64,000 bases of DNA from assembly GCF_009914755.1 (NCBI RefSeq), contig NC_060948.1; one strand, 5' to 3'. Position numbers and translations under genes: made by a program. Source of the DNA: the human T2T-CHM13v2.0 reference genome, Homo sapiens. This document shows, one piece after another, positions 59,801 to 64,000 of the stretch (position 1 is its first letter; each line of letters opens with the position of its first letter). The notes under the pieces were generated by a model. The model was not told the DNA's origin and did no database searches. It saw only the letters and a program-made list of their open reading frames with translations.

Positions 59801-62800
59801 GATAAATATTTGCCGAGTACCTTGTGATTGGACTCTCCAAACTTTTTTCATCCCACATATGTAATTGTGATATGTACCTTGAATAACCTCCAGGTGATGT
59901 GACTGTCCTGCCTGAGCCTTGCTGTCAGTAAGAATCATGACATACCACTAGATCCAGCACCCTGGTCATGTTACATTTTTGCCTGAGCCCTGCCTACAGA
60001 AATCACTGTGACATATCACTGTGTCAACAACTTAGGTCACATAAATCTCCTCATTAGAATGGTCCCTGTGCACTGTCAGGGGCAGTAACATACAGTTGGG
60101 CCAGGCACAAAGCTGATGATACTCTTTTGCTAGGGCCATGTCCTAAAAAGGGCATTATGACAAATTTCTGGGTCTTCACATAGGGGATTTTGCTCTACCG
60201 CTTGGGTCATGCTTACCTGTATAGTGACATGTTGCTAGGCTAGGCACAAATGTATTGTTATTCTTTCACCAGGGCCAAGTCTCAGGGGGATATTGTGAAA
60301 TATCTCTGGCCCTATCACTTAGGTGATGTGACTCCCTGCCTGGGTCCTGCCAACATAGAGCATTGAAACATAGGGGCAAAAACTGCACCTATTTGCTCTA
60401 ACTCTCTTGCCTGGGTCCTGTCCTAAGGGGACCTTGTGAGATAGCTCAGAATCCAGCATCAACGTGATGTAGCTCTTTTGCCTGCTTTCACCCCACATGT
60501 AAGACTGTGTCATATACCTAGGGAAGCACCTATATGATATGTGTTATGACTCTTCTCTTCTGCTTGAGCCCTGCCTACTTGGAATATTTGGCCATATATC
60601 TGAGCTCCTGTCCTAGGTGATGTGACCCTGCTTTTCTGCCAGAGACTTTACGATGAGGTAATGTGAAATATTGCTAAGCTTGATACTTAGGAGATATGAC
60701 TCTTCCTTTTTTCCCAAACTGTGCCCGTGAAAAGGAATTCTGACATATTGCTGGGCCCAGCACCCAGATGATGTTCCTCTGCTGCCTTGGTCCTTCACAG
60801 AGAATTATGGCATACAGTTGGGCCCCCAACCCCGATGATGTAAGTTCCTGCCTGTGCCACAGCAACAGAAAGTATTTTAGCATATCTTGGTCCCATGTTG
60901 TAGGTGTGTTTGCTCTCATGATTTATCTGTTTTTCTTCCATATTCGGGATTGTGTTATATTGCTGGGTCTAGCACCCAGTTAATGTAACCCCCATTTCTA
61001 CACCCTGCCTAGAGAGGGCATTGTGACACATTGCTTGGCACAATACCTAAATTGTGCTACCTTCTTGTCAAGTTTTTTCCTACAAATTGGATTATTAAAT
61101 TTACATTCCTTCTATTCAGAGGGATGATGGTCAAATTTTAATTGGGATTACACCAATAATAGATATGTTGCCTCTCATCACTATGCTTATGGCAATAGGT
61201 AAGGTTATGAGTTGCATATTTGTACAAAACTCACAGAATGTTACAACACTAACTCATATTCTATAAACTTATTAGGACAGGGCCCAGCAAAAGGTTAAGA
61301 TCATGATTCTTGGTTTCACATGCAGGTGAGAGCAAAAGTTATCACCATCCCACATTTACAGAGGCCACTGTCAAAGTACTGAGTATAACAAGTAAATAAA
61401 GAACAAAGATGGAATTTTGACTTTCATATATGGATCTTGCTACAGATGAGATGGTGGCTCATTTCTGGACCCAGATCACAGGCATAATAATCAGTCTCCC
61501 ATCTGAACCCAGTCTATAAGAGAGATGCTGACTATCATAACTGGGTTTAAAGCAGTATATAAGATTATGAGTCAATACGAGCATGTATGCCTTAGAGTAG
61601 GTTGCTACTCTTATGCATGTTGCATAAAGCCTTCGGATGCTGCAGAATGTGTCATACGATGATCTAGAAAACACATGAGATTGTGACTCTCACATACACA
61701 CCAAGCTAGCCCTTAAAGGTGTCACCCTAAAAGATGAAGAGATTGTGTCATATCTCTAGGCCCAGTACTCCTAGGTGTTGAGAATTTTCGGCTTAAATTC
61801 TTTACCATGGGTGCATTGTGACACATCACTGGGTTAAAATGATGAAAAGGTGACTCTTCCGCTTGGACCCTGGCACCAGGGGATATTATCACATATCTCT
61901 GGGTCTATCAGGTAGGTGATGTGTCTCTCCTCCCAGTGCCCTGCCCACAGGGGACACTGTGACATATTGCTAGATACAACATCTAGATAAAGCGAATCTC
62001 CTCTGCTGCCTGGATCCTGCCCACTGAAGAAATTGTGACATACCACTGAGTATAAAACCTAGATGATGTGACAGTACCCTTTGTTATGTACTCTGTCAAG
62101 AGAGGGAATTTTAATATGTTGTTGAACATGGCACCTGGAGGTGTGACTATCCACTATTTTTTCAACCATGTATACAGTGGGCATGATGACATATTATTTG
62201 AGATTGTACCCAAGTGATATAAGCCTCCGGTCTGGGTTGTGCCTACAGAGGAGATTATAAGGTATGCCTGGCTAAGGACCCAGATGATGTGATTCTACTG
62301 TCTTGTCTCTGCCCAAACATAAAATTGGGACTTACTCATGAAATCAGTTCATATGTGTAACAAAAACTTTCAAACGTTGACGCAGCCAAGGGAGATATTT
62401 TGGTTCTCGTTGCCAGTCTTATGGCCATGGATAAATTCTGAGACCTCCCACCTGTAACAATTCACAGAAAACTGTGCTACTCAGGTATATCACATAAATC
62501 ATGAGTGGTACAAAGAGTTTCATAACAGGCACCAACAACCAGGTGCTATTTTGAGTCTTGGATGCACACCCAGCTGACACGATTTTCATTCTCATACATA
62601 AACAGAGCCTACAAATGAGGTACTAAATTTCACACACATAAGCAGTTGAAATCTTAAAATTGTAACTCTCATACATGAATCTGATCCGCAGTTGGTTTGG
62701 TGGCATTTGAACGATGATTCAGCAAGCCTGTGGTGCTTTGAATCTACTAGTGGAGCACAATCTTCAAGTGGGATTGGGGCTCTTATACATGCATCTTGCC

Positions 62801-64000
62801 CATTGTTGAGACTCTGATGTCTGTACTTCGACCCAACTCACAGGAGATGTTGACTCTTACACCCGAAGGCAGGACTTGTGTGGGACTATGAAATGTATTT
62901 CTGAACATTTTCGAGTGTGTGCTTTAGAAGTATGACTTTGCCCAGTATCTGACTGTTTTGAATCTCCTTTCTAGGCCCACAGCACAGTTCGGATTGTGAC
63001 ATATGTGTGCTAAGCACCTAAGCAATATATGATATCTTCTTTGGCAGAGGGACCAAGGACATCTTTACATATCCCTGAAAGAAGCACCCAGCTGATGCAA
63101 AACCTTGGCCGGAAGCTTGCCTACAAAGAGCACTGTGGCTTTCATCAAGGTCCATCATATAAGTGATGTGACTTCCTTCTACTGCCTTGGCCTTGCACTT
63201 CTAGTGCATTGTTACACATAACTGGGTACTGCACCCATGTGATGGGACCCTTTGTTTGGAGGGGGTAGATTCTACCAATATAAAAACTGTATAATATATC
63301 ACTTGGCTCAGCACCTAGGTGATGTTTCTTCTCTCTTGACTGAGCCCTGACCACCAGAGAGATGGTGACATATAGGTGAAACCAGCACAAGGTGAGTTCA
63401 CTCTCCTGCCTTGGTCATAAACATAGGGGCCATTGTGACATATACCCAAGCCAATTGCCTAGGTGAGGTTTGTGTCCTCTCCTGCCTAAGCCCTGCCCAC
63501 AGGGGGTTTTAGATATATCACTGAAACCAACATCCGGGTTAAGTGACTCTTCTTCTAGAGGCCTGTACACAGCAAGGATTGTGACATTCAACTAGACAAG
63601 CATCCACTCAGGTGATGAGAATTTCCTTTTTTCTCCATGTTCACAGGTTATATTGTGTCATATATGTGAGAGCAGATCAAAGGCCTAATAACGACCATTG
63701 CACCTGGAGCCTGAAACTTTTTATAGGTGTTATTGTGACACTTTCCTTTGCCAATCTCCTGAGTGATTTAATAATCCTACTCAGTTATAGCTAACAGATG
63801 ACATTTTGACATATACCTGGACAAAAGCGTGATGATTTGACTCTCATGTTTTAACAGTGTCCTCAGAAGGGATCATAACATATTGCTGGATTCATCCTCT
63901 AGGTTGTGTGTCTCTCCTCTCCTGCCTGAATCCTGATTCTAGTGAAGATTTTAGCATTTCTATGCACTGGATCCAAATGACACAATTCTATTGCATGGGC
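56900..64000 (-). repeat. Complex diverged beta-satellite array, inverted orientation
   Basis: Monomer core now reads attgtgacatat / aggtgatgtgactc on the + strand; the same higher-order landmarks appear reverse-complemented. Confidence 0.88.
59049..59135 (-). mobile_element. Tiny Alu fragment (~56 bp of right arm plus A-rich tail)
   Basis: Reverse complement: aaggcagaggttgcaatgagctaagatcacaccactgcactccagcctaggtaaca followed by (AAAAG)n. Perfect 15-bp TSD gggattgtagcattt at 59034-59048 and 59136-59150. Confidence 0.92.

Noticed and set aside
28310-64000. Many short ORFs with recurring 'ICHN/SHIT/YVT' peptides suggesting a repeat-protein family
   Set aside because: They are translations of the 68-bp satellite monomer in shifting frames, with frequent stops and no conserved frame between units.

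Overview
Human (hominid) repeat-dense, heterochromatin-like DNA with no intact protein-coding gene. The left ~28 kb holds three young primate LINE-1s: one full-length L1PA2/3 and two carrying 5' inversions. It also holds six Alus, two old ERV solo LTRs, an L1PB(a)/MER25-type 5' fragment, old L1M fragments, and a decayed, unprocessed KRAB zinc-finger pseudogene exon most similar to ZNF736/ZNF727 that has lost its KRAB exons. The right ~36 kb is a highly diverged complex beta-satellite (68-bp BSR) array organised in ~4.8-kb higher-order units. It is interrupted by a human-specific HERV-K(HML-2) LTR5_Hs solo LTR, a full-length L1PA5/6 and two truncated Alus, and it flips orientation at ~56.9 kb. 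The combination of a ZNF736-like pseudogene and complex beta-satellite suggests chrY (ZNF736PnY loci) or the chr7/chr19 KZNF clusters; this is inference and was not verified. The most notable observations are shared private mutations, including the same nonsense codon, between two independently inserted L1s (probable ectopic gene conversion), the multi-level satellite architecture with an old inverted duplication, and L1 5'UTRs with and without the ZNF93-site deletion in one window. Subfamily calls rest on my recollection of consensus sequences, not on database searches.
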